Positions 26,677 to 39,163 are shown, counted from the stretch's first letter. The stretch is DNA of 64,000 nt from Vulcanimicrobiota bacterium (GCA_963820825.1 CAWGBN010000006.1:1-64000), one strand, 5' to 3'. Notes: generated from the letters alone by a model not told the origin. Program-made: numbers and translations.

Positions 26677-28121
26677 GCCGGAACGGATTCGCGCGTCAAC
26701 AGGTCGAGCGCGTTGCGCAGACGCTCGCGCACGACGTCCCGACCGAGCAGCTCCATCGAATCGTAGAGCGGAATCGAGGTCGCGCTTCCGGTAATCGCAA
26801 CGTAGAACGGGCGCGCCACGTCGCGGGGCTTCTTCTCCAGCTCCTCGGCGATGCGCTTGACCGCCGTCTCGATCGCGAAGGCGTTCCATGCCGGGAGCGC
26901 GTCGAACTCCGTCAACGCGAGCGCGAGCGCGCGGCGCGTCTCCTCGGGGTCGAGTCGCTTGCTCTGCAGATCTTCGGCTCGCAAGCGCAGACGTCCCGAG
27001 AAGAGAAAGGCCAGCAGCGGGCCGAGATCGCTGAGACGCTCGACGCGCGGCGCCGCGAGCTGCGCGATCCGAGTGAGACGCGCGGGTGAGACCGCCCAAT
27101 CGCGGACGCGTTCGACGAACGATTCGGCGTCGAGGCGTTCGCGAATGTACCGCGCATTGAGCCAATCGAGCTTGGGAACGTCGAAGACCGGGCCGCCGAC
27201 GGGAACGTGCGCGACGTCGAAGCGGCGGACGATCGCAGCGAGATCCATCAACTCGTCTTCGCCCTCGCGCGCCGCGTTGGCGAGCAGCGCCAAGAAGTTG
27301 ATCAGCGCCTCGGGCAGATAGCCCATCGCGCGATAGAAGAGAATCCCGGTGGGATTCTTGCGTTTGCTCAGCTTGCTCTTATCGGGATTGCGCAGGAGCG
27401 GAAGATGCATCAGCTTCGGCGGCTGCCAGCCGAAGTATCGGTAGAGCAAGAGATGCTTCGGCGCGCTCGAGACCCACTCTTCGCCGCGAAAGACGTGAGT
27501 AATCCGCATCAGATGATCGTCGACGACGTTGGCGAGGTGGTAGGTCGGCAGACCGTCGGACTTTACGAGCACCTGCATGTCGACGCTCTTATAGTCGAAC
27601 TCGATCGGTCCGCGCCGTAGATCCTCGACGACGCACGTGCCCTCGTCCGGAACGACCATTCGCACGACGTACGGCTCGCCGGCGGCTTCGCGGCGCGCGA
27701 CCTCTTGCGGCGAATAGGAGCGGCAGAGGCCGTCGTAGCGCGAAGGCTGGCCCGCCGCGCGTTGCGCGACGCGCATCTCTTCGAGCCGCTGCGGCGTGCA
27801 GAAGCACTTGAAGGCATGGCCGGCGTCGAGCAGCTTCTGCGCGTACTCGCGGTAGATCTCCGAGCGCTCGCTCTGCCGATACGGACCGTGCGGACCGCCC
27901 ACATCGGGACCCTCGTCCCAGTCGAGCCCGCACCAGCGCAACGCCTGTAAGATCGTACGCTCGCTCTCGGCCGTGCTGCGCGCTTGGTCCGTGTCCTCGA
28001 TTCGCAGGACAAACTCGCCGCCGTGCTGACGTGCGAAGCAGTAGTTCACCAGCGCGACGTACGCGGTCCCAACGTGCGGATCGCCGGTCGGCGACGGCGC
28101 CACGCGCGTTCGAACGCTCAA
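26673..28121 (-). CDS. gltX: Glutamate--tRNA ligase
   Basis: RVAPSPTG.PHVG, RIEDTD, GPYRQSER and KLSKR motifs; TTG start at 28121. Confidence 0.96.
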   Translation of the reverse strand: MSVRTRVAPSPTGDPHVGTAYVALVNYCFARQHGGEFVLRIEDTDQARSTAESERTILQALRWCGLDWDEGPDVGGPHGPYRQSERSEIYREYAQKLLDAGHAFKCFCTPQRLEEMRVAQRAAGQPSRYDGLCRSYSPQEVARREAAGEPYVVRMVVPDEGTCVVEDLRRGPIEFDYKSVDMQVLVKSDGLPTYHLANVVDDHLMRITHVFRGEEWVSSAPKHLLLYRYFGWQPPKLMHLPLLRNPDKSKLSKRKNPTGILFYRAMGYLPEALINFLALLANAAREGEDELMDLAAIVRRFDVAHVPVGGPVFDVPKLDWLNARYIRERLDAESFVERVRDWAVSPARLTRIAQLAAPRVERLSDLGPLLAFLFSGRLRLRAEDLQSKRLDPEETRRALALALTEFDALPAWNAFAIETAVKRIAEELEKKPRDVARPFYVAITGSATSIPLYDSMELLGRDVVRERLRNALDLLTRESVPA

Positions 28122-28263
28122 TCTAGGAGCCCGCCGGGCGATGGTCGCGCGCACTGTTGGGTGCGCCGCTGTTTGCCGACAAGGAGAGACGAGCGCCGAA
28201 TGGCAGCGCCATTTTAGCGAGGAGAGACGCCGGCGGCGAACAGCGCCGCACCCAACCCAAGAG

Positions 28264-28364
28264 GCTGAGGTTGATTTCGGCGAGTTCGTTGTCGCTCAGT
28301 CGGTCACGTAGCGCTGCTACGCTCCCTCGTTCGCTCCTAAAACTCATCCGAAATCAACCTCAGC
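28264..28364. repeat. 101-bp palindromic element (ERIC/RPE/MITE-like) with perfect 17-bp terminal inverted repeats
   Basis: GCTGAGGTTGATTTCGG (28264-28280) and CCGAAATCAACCTCAGC (28348-28364); inner GTCACGTAGC..GCTACGCTCC hairpin. Confidence 0.8.
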
Positions 28365-28394
28365 AGTGCACGCGAGCATCGCCCGTCGGGCTCC

Positions 28395-28811
28395 TTACCC
28401 TACCAGCGCTCGCCGCTTACCGCATTCGCGTTCGACGAAGTCGATGATCTCCTGAAGCGGCGCACCCGGCGTGAAAATCTCGCGCACGCCGAGTTCCTTG
28501 AGACGTTTGGCATCTTCGGCCGGAATCGTTCCGCCTCCGAAAAAGACGATGTCGCCCGCGTCGTGCGCGCGCAACTGCTCGACGACGAGCGGAAAGAGCG
28601 TCATATGGGCGCCTGAGAGAATCGAGAGGCCGATTCCGTCGGCGTCCTCCTGAATCGCCGTCTGGACGATCTGCTCGGGGGCTTGAAAGAGTCCCGTGTA
28701 GATGACCTCCATGCCGGCGTCGCGCAAGGCCCGCGCGATGACCTTCGCGCCGCGGTCGTGGCCGTCGAGACCGGCCTTAGCGATGACGATGCGAAGCGGT
28801 CGTTCGCTCAT
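28395..28811 (-). CDS. Cobalamin-binding small subunit of acyl-CoA mutase
   Basis: AKAGLDGHDRGAK and GLSILSGAH motifs. Confidence 0.95.
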   Translation of the reverse strand: MSERPLRIVIAKAGLDGHDRGAKVIARALRDAGMEVIYTGLFQAPEQIVQTAIQEDADGIGLSILSGAHMTLFPLVVEQLRAHDAGDIVFFGGGTIPAEDAKRLKELGVREIFTPGAPLQEIIDFVERECGKRRALVG

Positions 28812-28946
28812 CGGCAATCCCCATTGCGGTGCGGTGGCGGCTCAAATGCAGCGCCTCCTCGAGTTTTCGCACCACTCGCATGAGCGTGCGACGCATGCGA
28901 TAGAGCTCGAGATCGCTTCGGCAACGCATGCCGTGCCGGTGGCGCA

Positions 28947-28947
<1 letters not shown>
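28777..28947 (-). CDS. Unlisted 56-aa basic small protein between the mutase subunits
   Basis: ATG overlaps the large-subunit stop (TGATG); MRHRHGMRCRSDLELYRMRRTLMRVVRKLEEALHLSRHRTAMGIADERTTASHRHR. Confidence 0.45.
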
Positions 28948-30578
<1,631 letters not shown>

Positions 30579-30648
30579 CCTGAGCCTGTCGGAGGGCATA
30601 GGGGCCGTGCTTTTCGACGCGGGCCGGGGAAACTCCCCAAAGATGCTC

Positions 30649-31560
30649 CTAGGAGCTCTTTGAAAGACCTAAGTCTGAGAGAACGCGATCGGCGGCTTCG
30701 TAGGGGTCGAGGCCGTCGCGCGGCTGCGCTTGCAGCGCGCGATCGAGTCGCGCGGCGAGCCGGCCGAGCGCAAGTTGGCGCACTTGATGCGTGAACGCGC
30801 CGCTGCGGCGGCGTTCGATCTCGCCGGTTTCGTTCAAGTAGGCCGCGTGCCGTTCGATCGCAGCGACGAGATCGTCGACGCCCTTGCCCTCGAGCGCCTG
30901 CGTCGTCACCAACTCGGGCACCCAGCCCGGCCAGTGCAGCATTCCCATCATCGAACGGATCTCGCGGCGAAGCTGGTCGGCCATCGGGTGATCGGCCTTG
31001 TTGACGACGAAGATGTCGGCAATCTCCATGATCCCGGCTTTGAGCACCTGAATCGAATCGCCGCTTCCCGGCTGCAATGCCACGATCGTGGTCTGCGCGA
31101 GCTCGGCAATTGCGACTTCGCTCTGGCCGACCCCGACCGTTTCGATCAGCACGAGATCGAAACCGAACGCATCCATCAGCAACACCGCATCGGCGGTCGC
31201 GCCGGCAAGGCCGCCGAGATGTCCGCGGCTCGCCATCGATCGAATGAAGACCGATTCGTCGGTGAAGTGTTCGGCGAGACGAATCCGGTCGCCAAGGAGC
31301 GCGCCATGCGAGAACGGCGAGCTGGGATCGACCGAGACGACGCCGACGCTCTTCCCGCGCGCGCGCGCGGTGCGAACCAGCCCCGATGCCAGCGTCGACT
31401 TTCCGACGCCGGGCGGTCCGGTAAGACCGACGGTCGTCGCACGTCCGGTCTGCGCGTAGAGCGCGCGCACGAGTTCGCCGCCGCGACCCGATTCCGCGAG
31501 CGAGATCGCACGTGCGAGCGCACGCGGATTGCGTCGCTCGAACTCGTGCAAAAGGTCCAT
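30649..31560 (-). CDS. meaB: Mutase-associated GTPase chaperone
   Basis: [29 protein letters not shown] and NKAD motifs. Confidence 0.95.
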   Translation of the reverse strand: MDLLHEFERRNPRALARAISLAESGRGGELVRALYAQTGRATTVGLTGPPGVGKSTLASGLVRTARARGKSVGVVSVDPSSPFSHGALLGDRIRLAEHFTDESVFIRSMASRGHLGGLAGATADAVLLMDAFGFDLVLIETVGVGQSEVAIAELAQTTIVALQPGSGDSIQVLKAGIMEIADIFVVNKADHPMADQLRREIRSMMGMLHWPGWVPELVTTQALEGKGVDDLVAAIERHAAYLNETGEIERRRSGAFTHQVRQLALGRLAARLDRALQAQPRDGLDPYEAADRVLSDLGLSKSS

Positions 31561-31599
31561 ACCGCTAACTGCGGCCCGCGGCGAGAGGCCACCTTCCCC

Positions 31600-33039
31600 A
31601 TCTCGAACTGCGCGCGCGTCGCGCTCGCGTTGATTCTCGCGCTGCTCTGCGCGGCACCGGCCGCGGGGGCGACGCTCGTCGTTCCGCTAACCGGCAAGCG
31701 CGTGCGCGACATTCAGACCGACGCGCTCTTTCACACGCTCTTCCGCGATTTCTTTCTCGAAGACGACGCGACGACGTACGTCCAAAGCGGCGACATCCCG
31801 GCGATGTGGTTGCGCGACTCGTCGGCACAGACGATTCCGTATATTCGGTTTCAGAGGATCTATCCAATTCTGCGAGCGCGCTTTGCCGGCGTCGTCGAGC
31901 GCAACGCTCGCAACATTCTCGCCGACCCGTACGCGAACGCGCTCGAACCCGATTACCGGGTCTGGGAGCGCAAATGGGAAGTCGACTCGCTGGCCTGGCC
32001 GGTCGTCCTCGCCTCGGTCTACTGGCGTTCGACTCAAGATCGCACGCTCTTCACGCGAACCTTGCATCGCGCGCTGCAGACGATCGTCCGCACCTATCGC
32101 TGCGAGGAGCAGCACCACCGCTGCAGCCGCTACTCGTTTCCGCGCTACGTCTACACCAACGACGCGTACAACTCCGGCACCGGCATGATTTGGGGAGCGT
32201 TCCGTCCGTCGGACGATGCGCTACAGTATCGCTTCAACATTCCGCAGAACGCGTTCGCGGTCGTCGCCCTGCGCGACATCGAGCAGCTCGCCGTCGACGG
32301 ATACGGCGATCGCCGGCTGGCACGCGAGGCGCAGGCGCTCGGCGCGCGCGTTCAGGTGGGAATCGAACGGTACGGCCGGATCTACAATCCGGCGCTTCAC
32401 CGCTGGATGTACGCCTACGAAACCGACGGATTCGGCCGATACAATCTCATGGACGATGCGAACATTCCGAATCTGACGACGCTGCCGTATATCGACTGGT
32501 GCTCGTCGTTCGACCCGACCTATCTCGCGACGCGCTCGTTTGCCCTAAGCATGGATAATCCGTTCTTCTTCTCGGGCCGGTACGCGCAGGGCCTCGGGAG
32601 CCCGCACACCCCCTACGGGTACGTCTGGCCTCTCGGCATCATCGGGCGCGCGCTGACCGCCACTTCCTCGCTCGAAGTCGCAACGGCGATCACGACGCTC
32701 GCCGAGACGGACGGCGAGAGCGGACTGATTCACGAGAGTTTCTATCCCGACGGATACTGGCGTTACACGCGCGACGAGTTCGGATGGGCGAACGCGCTCG
32801 GCGCCGAGCTCTTCTTTCGCAGCTTGGCGGGGATGCCGGCGACGCAGTTTGCATGGAGGGGGCCGATCGTGCCCTTCGAGCAACGATCTCGAACGCCGAC
32901 GCTGGTACCATCCTTTACACAAATCGAGAACGAGGCGGAGATCGCCGGTACGCTCGGACGGCTGCTGCACGTTACCGGCGGGGCGATACCGCCGGCAATT
33001 CACGTCTATGACGCGGGGACCGCGCAATCGGGGAGCTAA
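31600..33039 (+). CDS. Secreted glycoside hydrolase family 125 (exo-alpha-1,6-mannosidase-like); start uncertain (31600 ATC or 31630 TTG)
   Basis: GDIPAMWLRDS, ERKWEVDS, FRPSDD, MDDANIP, GSPHTP and F.WAN motifs; signal peptide. Confidence 0.85.
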   Translation: MSNCARVALALILALLCAAPAAGATLVVPLTGKRVRDIQTDALFHTLFRDFFLEDDATTYVQSGDIPAMWLRDSSAQTIPYIRFQRIYPILRARFAGVVERNARNILADPYANALEPDYRVWERKWEVDSLAWPVVLASVYWRSTQDRTLFTRTLHRALQTIVRTYRCEEQHHRCSRYSFPRYVYTNDAYNSGTGMIWGAFRPSDDALQYRFNIPQNAFAVVALRDIEQLAVDGYGDRRLAREAQALGARVQVGIERYGRIYNPALHRWMYAYETDGFGRYNLMDDANIPNLTTLPYIDWCSSFDPTYLATRSFALSMDNPFFFSGRYAQGLGSPHTPYGYVWPLGIIGRALTATSSLEVATAITTLAETDGESGLIHESFYPDGYWRYTRDEFGWANALGAELFFRSLAGMPATQFAWRGPIVPFEQRSRTPTLVPSFTQIENEAEIAGTLGRLLHVTGGAIPPAIHVYDAGTAQSGS

Positions 33040-33052
33040 AGCTTTGAACGAC

Positions 33053-36000
33053 ATGAACGATGGATATTACCGCTATCCGGCGATAGCAGGCGACCGCATT
33101 CTCTTCGTCTGTGAAGACGATCTCTTCAGCGCACCGGCCGCCGGCGGTGATGCGACGCGGCTGACGGTCAGCTTCGGGACCTGTTCGTACCCGCGTCTCT
33201 CGCCGGACGGCGCCTGGATCGCGTTCGTCTCGACCGACGAGGGGAATCCGGAGCTCTACGTTATGCCGGCGCGCGGCGGAGAGCCGCGGCGTCTGACCTT
33301 TCTCGGAGCCTCGCTTGCTTCCACGATCGGCTGGAGCGAGGACGGGCGGGAGATCTATTTCGTCGCAAACCCGACGACCTGGTACGAGGGCGAGACGCGC
33401 CCCTTCGCGATCGCGCGTGAGGGCGGAACTCCCCGCGAACTCAACCTCGGGCACGCGCGCTCGTTTTCGTTCGGGCCGCATGGGCGGCTCGTGATCGGAC
33501 GAAACGCCGCCGATCCGGCGCGTTGGAAGCGATATCGCGGCGGCACGTCGGGCGAAATTTGGATCGACGCGCAAGGCGAAGGGACGTTTACGAAGCTGCC
33601 GCTCCCCGACGGCAATCCGTGCTGGCCGATGTGGGTAGGCGACCGGATCTACTTCTTGGCCGATCACGAAGGTATCGGCAATCTCTACTCGTGTGCGCTC
33701 GACGGCAGCGACGTCACCCGCCACACGCACGAGAGCGAGTATTACGTTCGCTTTCCGTCGACCGACGGCAAGCGGATCGTCTACAGCGCCGGCGCCGAGA
33801 TCGGTTGTTACGACGTAGCGAGCGATAGCGTGCGGCGGATCCCGATCGAAGCGCACTCGCCGATGCCGCAGACCGTGCGCCGCTTCGAGCGGGCGTCGGA
33901 ATCGCTCGAGCACTTCGTTCCGAATCCCGACGGAACGCAAATTGCCTTCGTTTCGCGCGGGCAGGAGTTCACGATGCCGCTCTTCGAGGGAGCGGCTATT
34001 CGTCACGGCACCGGCGGCCGTGCGCGTACGCGGTTGACGCAATGGCTCCACGACGGTGCCAATCTCGTCTCCGTAACCGATGCGGGCGGCTACGAGCAGA
34101 TCGCGGTTCGCCCCGCCGACGCATCGAGCGACGCGAGACTCGTGACGAGCGGCGATATCGGCCGCGTTACCGATCTCGTCGCCTCGCCCTGCAGCGACGT
34201 CGTCGCCTTTGCGAATCACCGTCACGATCTCTGCCTGCTCGATCTCGACGACGGCAAGGTACGAGTCATCGATACGTGCCCATCGCATCGCATCCACGAT
34301 TTGTCCTTCTCATCCGACGGGCGTTACCTCGCCTACGTCTGGTATCCGGCCCACGGCACCTCGATCATCCGCGTCGCGAAGGTTCGATCGGGCAAGACGC
34401 ACGACGTGACGACGCCCGTCCGTACCGACAAATCGCCGGTCTGGGATCCCGAGGGCAGGTATCTCTATTTCATCTCGACGCGGGATTTCAATCCGGTTTA
34501 CGACGCGCTGCAGTTCGACCTGAGTTTTCCGCAGGCAAGCCGCCCGTTCGTGGTAACGCTGCGCAACGACGTGCCCTCGCCCTTCGTCCCGAAGCCCAAA
34601 CCGATCCATCAGGATCATCACGAACGCGAGCACTACCAAAACGGTAAGCCGCCCAAGGTGGCCGACGTCGAGATCGACTTCGACGGGATCACCGGACGGG
34701 TGCTCGGCTTTCCGGTCGACGAAGGCGAGTACGGTCAGATCGTCGCGGTACGCGAGCGGGTGCTCTTTACGCGCATCCCGGTAAAGGGAATCAAACCGAC
34801 GCGGCGCGAGGACCTCGATCGCGACGACCGCGGTACGCTGCTCGCATACGATTTCGAGCAGCAGCGATTGGCGACGATCGCGCCGGAGTGCGATGAGATC
34901 GAGCTCGGCCACGATGGCCGAACGCTCATCTATCGCTCGCAAGACCGGCTGCGCGCGATCGACGCGCTCAACGAGCTTCCCGAAGAGGGCGACGAGCAGA
35001 AACCTTCGACCGACCCGGGACGCAAGAGCGGATGGATCGATCTCGATCGTGCGAGCGTCGAGATCGTGCCGCGCGACGAGTGGGCGCAGATGTATCGCGA
35101 AGCGTGGCGACTGCAGGCCGAGCATTTCTGGGTCGAGGACATGAGCGATATCGACTGGGATCGCGTCTACGACCGGTACCAAGTGCTCTTGCCGCGCGTG
35201 CGAACGCGCAGCGAGCTCTCCGACCTCATTTGGGAGATGCAAGGCGAGCTCGGCACTTCGCATGCGTACGAATGGGGCGGCGATTACCGCGAGCCGCCGC
35301 AGTATCAGCGCGGATTCCTCGGCGCCGATCTGCGTTGGGACGAGGAGCGCGGCGGATATCGCATCGAGCGCATCTACCGCGGCGACTCCTGGAACCGCGA
35401 CCACGACTCGCCGCTCGCCGAGCCCGGCCTCAACGTGCACGAGGGCGACTGCATCGTCGCGATCGGCGGAAAGCGGCTATCGCACGAGGTTCCCCCCGAT
35501 CAACTCCTCGTCAACGCCTCGGACAAGAACGTCTCGGTGACGCTGCGGGAGAAGCGCGGCGACGAACGCACCGTGCTGGTGAAGGCGCTCGCGAACGAGG
35601 CGGCGCTGCGCTATCGCGCGTGGGTTGAGGAGAACCGCCGCATCGTGCACGAGCGAACCGGCGAGCGCGTCGGATATCTGCACATTCCGGACATGGGACC
35701 GTGGGGATTCTCCGAGTTTCACCGCGGCTATTTGAGCGAGTTCGATCGCAAGGGCTTGATCGTCGACGTTCGGTACAATCGCGGCGGTCACGTCTCGCCG
35801 CTCTTGCTCGAGAAGCTCGCTCGCAAGCGCATCGGCTACGACGCGCCGCGCTATGGGGCACCCGTTCCCTATCCGCCCGAATCGGTCGGCGGCCCGATGG
35901 TCGCGTTGACGAATCAGTTCGCCGGCTCCGACGGCGACATCTTCAGCCATTCCTTCAAGCTCTACAAGCTCGGACCGCTCGTCGGTAAGCGCACGTGGGG

Positions 36001-36280
36001 CGGCGTGATCGGAATCGAACCCTACCATTATCTCGTCGACGGAACGCTGACGACTCAGCCCGAGTTCTCGTTCTGGTTCGTCGACGTGGGCTGGGGTGTC
36101 GAGAACTACGGCACCAAGCCGGATTACGACGTCGACATCGCACCGCACGATTATCGCGACGGTAAGGATCCGCAGCTCGAGCTCGCGCTCGAGCTCATGG
36201 ACCGCGCGCTCGAGGGATACGTCGAGCTGCGCGCCGATCTCACGACACGTCCGTCATTGCCGTTGCCGACCCTGGCGTGA
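33053..36280 (+). CDS. Tricorn protease homolog (S41)
   Basis: WKRYRGG, propeller repeats, GELGTSH, PDZ, GYLHIPDM, DVRYNRGG, GSDGD and RTWGG motifs. Confidence 0.95.
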   Translation: MNDGYYRYPAIAGDRILFVCEDDLFSAPAAGGDATRLTVSFGTCSYPRLSPDGAWIAFVSTDEGNPELYVMPARGGEPRRLTFLGASLASTIGWSEDGREIYFVANPTTWYEGETRPFAIAREGGTPRELNLGHARSFSFGPHGRLVIGRNAADPARWKRYRGGTSGEIWIDAQGEGTFTKLPLPDGNPCWPMWVGDRIYFLADHEGIGNLYSCALDGSDVTRHTHESEYYVRFPSTDGKRIVYSAGAEIGCYDVASDSVRRIPIEAHSPMPQTVRRFERASESLEHFVPNPDGTQIAFVSRGQEFTMPLFEGAAIRHGTGGRARTRLTQWLHDGANLVSVTDAGGYEQIAVRPADASSDARLVTSGDIGRVTDLVASPCSDVVAFANHRHDLCLLDLDDGKVRVIDTCPSHRIHDLSFSSDGRYLAYVWYPAHGTSIIRVAKVRSGKTHDVTTPVRTDKSPVWDPEGRYLYFISTRDFNPVYDALQFDLSFPQASRPFVVTLRNDVPSPFVPKPKPIHQDHHEREHYQNGKPPKVADVEIDFDGITGRVLGFPVDEGEYGQIVAVRERVLFTRIPVKGIKPTRREDLDRDDRGTLLAYDFEQQRLATIAPECDEIELGHDGRTLIYRSQDRLRAIDALNELPEEGDEQKPSTDPGRKSGWIDLDRASVEIVPRDEWAQMYREAWRLQAEHFWVEDMSDIDWDRVYDRYQVLLPRVRTRSELSDLIWEMQGELGTSHAYEWGGDYREPPQYQRGFLGADLRWDEERGGYRIERIYRGDSWNRDHDSPLAEPGLNVHEGDCIVAIGGKRLSHEVPPDQLLVNASDKNVSVTLREKRGDERTVLVKALANEAALRYRAWVEENRRIVHERTGERVGYLHIPDMGPWGFSEFHRGYLSEFDRKGLIVDVRYNRGGHVSPLLLEKLARKRIGYDAPRYGAPVPYPPESVGGPMVALTNQFAGSDGDIFSHSFKLYKLGPLVGKRTWGGVIGIEPYHYLVDGTLTTQPEFSFWFVDVGWGVENYGTKPDYDVDIAPHDYRDGKDPQLELALELMDRALEGYVELRADLTTRPSLPLPTLA

Positions 36281-37740
36281 AGGCGGCGCGACTCGTCGCT
36301 GCGCTGGCGGCCTTTGCCGTCCCGGCGACGGTCTACATTGCCAGCGCGTCGGTCGAGCCGGGTGCGTGGGACACCGCCGAGCTGCAAGGCGTTCCGTATC
36401 TTCTGGGCATCTCGCATCCCACCGGTTTCCCGTTCTACGTTCTGCTCGGATACGCGTGGTCGCATCTCGTACCGGTCGGGACGATCGCTTGGAGAATGAA
36501 TGCGATGAGCGGCGTCGCGATGGGGCTCGTCTGCGTCGCCGCCTATCTCGCCGCACTCGAGTTCGGGGCGAGCCTTTTCGTTGCGCTCTCCGCGACGTTG
36601 GCCTTTGCGTTCGCGCCGAACGTGTGGCAACACGCCGCGCGCGCGGAAGCGCAGGATCTCGCGGTCGCGTGCGCCGCGTTCGCAATCGTCGCGTTCCTGC
36701 GATGGATGCGTGGCGGCGGCGCCGGCTGGTTCGCCGCGGCCTTCGCGCTCTGCGGTCTCGCGATGGCCGCGCATCCCAACGCGCTCTGGACGCTTCCGGC
36801 GCTGATCGCGGGAGCGTTGATCCCGCGGCGGCGACCGCCGCTGCGCCTGGTCGCGGCATCGGCGGCGCTCACCCTCGCCGCGCTCGCGCTCTATCTCTAC
36901 CTTCCGCTGCGTTCGCAGTACGTCGCGCGCCACGGGCTCGATCCGGCCGCGGTGCTTCCCGGAGCGAACGGGGGGATCTTCTGGAACTATAACGATCCGC
37001 GCACCGCGCACGGGCTCGCGCTCGAGCTGACCGGCAGCGAGTTCGGAACGCCGAAGTATCTGCTCGCATCATTCAATCCGCTCCACGTCGAAGGCGCGGT
37101 CTGGGCCTTCGTCCAGGGTCTCAACGAACAGTACGGTATTCTCGCGACGCTGCTGATCGCCGCAGGATTCGTTGCCGCGTGCCGGCGCGATTGGCGCGCG
37201 GCGCTCGTGGTGCTCGTCGCATGCACCGCGGGATTGGTATTCTCGGTCATCTACCCGAACGAGAGCGACGTCGGGCGCTACCGGATACTGGACTCTTGGG
37301 TCGCGGTGCCGATGCTCGGCGCGTTGACGCCGCGCGCGAAACCTCTCTCGGCAAACGTCTTGCACGTCGCGCTCGTTCTCGTGCTCGTCTTCGTTGCCGT
37401 TTCGAGCCTCCACCGCCACGGGAACTTCTTCCATCGCGTGCCGGGCGAGGGCGGGCGCTGGGTGATCCGCGCGGTGCGGCCGTACGTTCCGCCGGGCAGC
37501 GTGATCGTCACGAGTTGGCTCGACGCGACCTCGCTTGCGTACGGCGCGTACGTCGACGGATCGCTGCCCGGCCGGATCGTCGTCTCCGACGACCGGTTCG
37601 ACGTTCCACTCTACCAACGGTGGACGAACGGCCGGCGCATCTTCGTGCTCGTGAACCCCAAGGACGGCGGCGCGCTCGCGGGCACGACCGATTATGCGAA
37701 GCTCGACGACTATCACGAACTCTACGAAGTAACGCGTTAG
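36277..37740 (+). CDS. DUF2723 / TMEM260-like membrane glycosyltransferase
   Basis: WDTAELQ, GISHPTGFP.Y, W.HA..AE and YLYLPLR motifs; multi-TM. Confidence 0.8.
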   Translation: MKAARLVAALAAFAVPATVYIASASVEPGAWDTAELQGVPYLLGISHPTGFPFYVLLGYAWSHLVPVGTIAWRMNAMSGVAMGLVCVAAYLAALEFGASLFVALSATLAFAFAPNVWQHAARAEAQDLAVACAAFAIVAFLRWMRGGGAGWFAAAFALCGLAMAAHPNALWTLPALIAGALIPRRRPPLRLVAASAALTLAALALYLYLPLRSQYVARHGLDPAAVLPGANGGIFWNYNDPRTAHGLALELTGSEFGTPKYLLASFNPLHVEGAVWAFVQGLNEQYGILATLLIAAGFVAACRRDWRAALVVLVACTAGLVFSVIYPNESDVGRYRILDSWVAVPMLGALTPRAKPLSANVLHVALVLVLVFVAVSSLHRHGNFFHRVPGEGGRWVIRAVRPYVPPGSVIVTSWLDATSLAYGAYVDGSLPGRIVVSDDRFDVPLYQRWTNGRRIFVLVNPKDGGALAGTTDYAKLDDYHELYEVTR

Positions 37741-37762
37741 CGCTCGCGCGAAGCGTCGCTCG

Positions 37763-39046
37763 ATGCGCGCTCTTCGGCTCTCTTCAATCGTCATGGCCGC
37801 GCTCCTAACCGCCGGATGCGTCGCGCCGGTTCGTTTCGCACCCGAATCGTCTCAATCGCGCCCGCTGCGTCGCGCGGTAGGCGCCGGATCGCTCGACCGG
37901 TCATTCGGCCGCGGCGGTAGAGTCGTTCTCTCAATCGACGTCGAGCCGGTCGCCGCGCTCACAACCTCGAACGCGCGAGTCGTCGTCCTTGGAGATCCGG
38001 AGTCGCCCGGTTCGGCCGAGGTGATTCGTCTGCTGCGCGATGGGAGGCTCGACCGCAGCTTCGGTACGAACGGGAGCGTGGCGCTGCGCCTCTTCGCCGC
38101 CTACAGTATCGTCGCGGCTCCGGACGGCAAGCTAATCGTCGGCGGAGTCGCGTCCGACGGATCTCACGCCGAGCTCATTCGCCTCACCTCCGGCGGAGGT
38201 CTCGATTCGACGTTCGGCAGCGGCGGATCGGTGCAGTTCACCTTCCTCGGCGGCTCGTCGAACGGCGTGCTCGTCGCGCTCGTTCAACCCGACGGAAAGA
38301 TCCTCGCGGGCGGTTTCGCAGAGAGCCCGACGAGGGACGACGAGCTGACCTCCCTCGCGCGCTTCGATTCGAGCGGAAACGCCGACACGAGCTTTGGAAC
38401 CAACGGCATCGTCTCGATGCAGCTCATCGGCGGGGTAACGGCGCTGGGACTGCAGCCCAATGGCGCGATCCTGGTCTGCGGCGGACGTTTCGATCCATCG
38501 TCGTCGCTCTTGGCACGCTTCTCGCCCGATGGAAGGCTCGACCGCAGCGACAAGGGCGGCACGCTCGCGACTCTGGCGCACACCGGCAGCCTTACGTTTG
38601 AAGGCGCGAACGAATTCGACGCGCGCGGACGATTGCTCCAATGGAGCGCCGTACCAAAGGCTTCGAAGCAATACGTGCGCGTCGCTCGGCTGCTGCGAAG
38701 TCAAATGCGCGACCGGCATTTTCGCAGCCGTTCCTTTGCCTTCGATTCACCAGCGGCAAACGTTCCCGCCGACGTAGAGATCGGCAGCGATGGTGCGCTG
38801 CTCGTCGCCGGTCGCGGCGCGAAAGGCGATCTCGCGAAGAGCGTCTTCGGCGTCGCGCGACTCCTCGCCGGCGGCGAACTCGACCCGTCCTTCGGCACCA
38901 ACGGCCGCGTCGTCACCGCGTTCGGCGCGAGCGCGCAAGCGACGGCCCTCACGATCGAAGCCGACGGTAAGATCGTCGTTGCCGGAGCGACGCTCGGAAG
39001 CGGAAGCTCCTCGGCCGTGGCCGTGGCGCGATATCTCGCTCGCTAA
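37763..39046 (+). CDS. Delta-60 repeat lipoprotein
   Basis: Lipobox TAGC; repeats G.LD.SFG.NG.V and QPDGKILAGG; C-terminal ARY. Confidence 0.85.
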   Translation: MRALRLSSIVMAALLTAGCVAPVRFAPESSQSRPLRRAVGAGSLDRSFGRGGRVVLSIDVEPVAALTTSNARVVVLGDPESPGSAEVIRLLRDGRLDRSFGTNGSVALRLFAAYSIVAAPDGKLIVGGVASDGSHAELIRLTSGGGLDSTFGSGGSVQFTFLGGSSNGVLVALVQPDGKILAGGFAESPTRDDELTSLARFDSSGNADTSFGTNGIVSMQLIGGVTALGLQPNGAILVCGGRFDPSSSLLARFSPDGRLDRSDKGGTLATLAHTGSLTFEGANEFDARGRLLQWSAVPKASKQYVRVARLLRSQMRDRHFRSRSFAFDSPAANVPADVEIGSDGALLVAGRGAKGDLAKSVFGVARLLAGGELDPSFGTNGRVVTAFGASAQATALTIEADGKIVVAGATLGSGSSSAVAVARYLAR

Positions 39047-39052
39047 GAGGCC

Positions 39053-39163
39053 TTGACTTTCGTTTCACCGATGTCGTATATCGGGTAGATAACTTATCGG
39101 TCCAAAATTAAATACTTAACCATCCAATATCCGCCAAGCATCAATCCAGACCGATCCAAAATT
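39053..39163 (+). promoter_or_regulatory. aceA promoter region with candidate operators
   Basis: TTGACT-N18-TATATC; palindrome GATAACTTATC (39088-39098); direct repeat CG(G/A)TCCAAAATT at 39098 and 39152. Confidence 0.5.

Noticed and set aside
26677..27165. Apparent 163-aa N-terminal extension of GlmU
   Set aside because: Overlaps gltX in another frame; the true start is ATGA-coupled at 26676
28123..28347. 74-aa ORF upstream of gltX
   Set aside because: Starts inside the palindromic element and crosses the likely gltX -10 (TAAAAT, 28211-28216); better explained by the repeat
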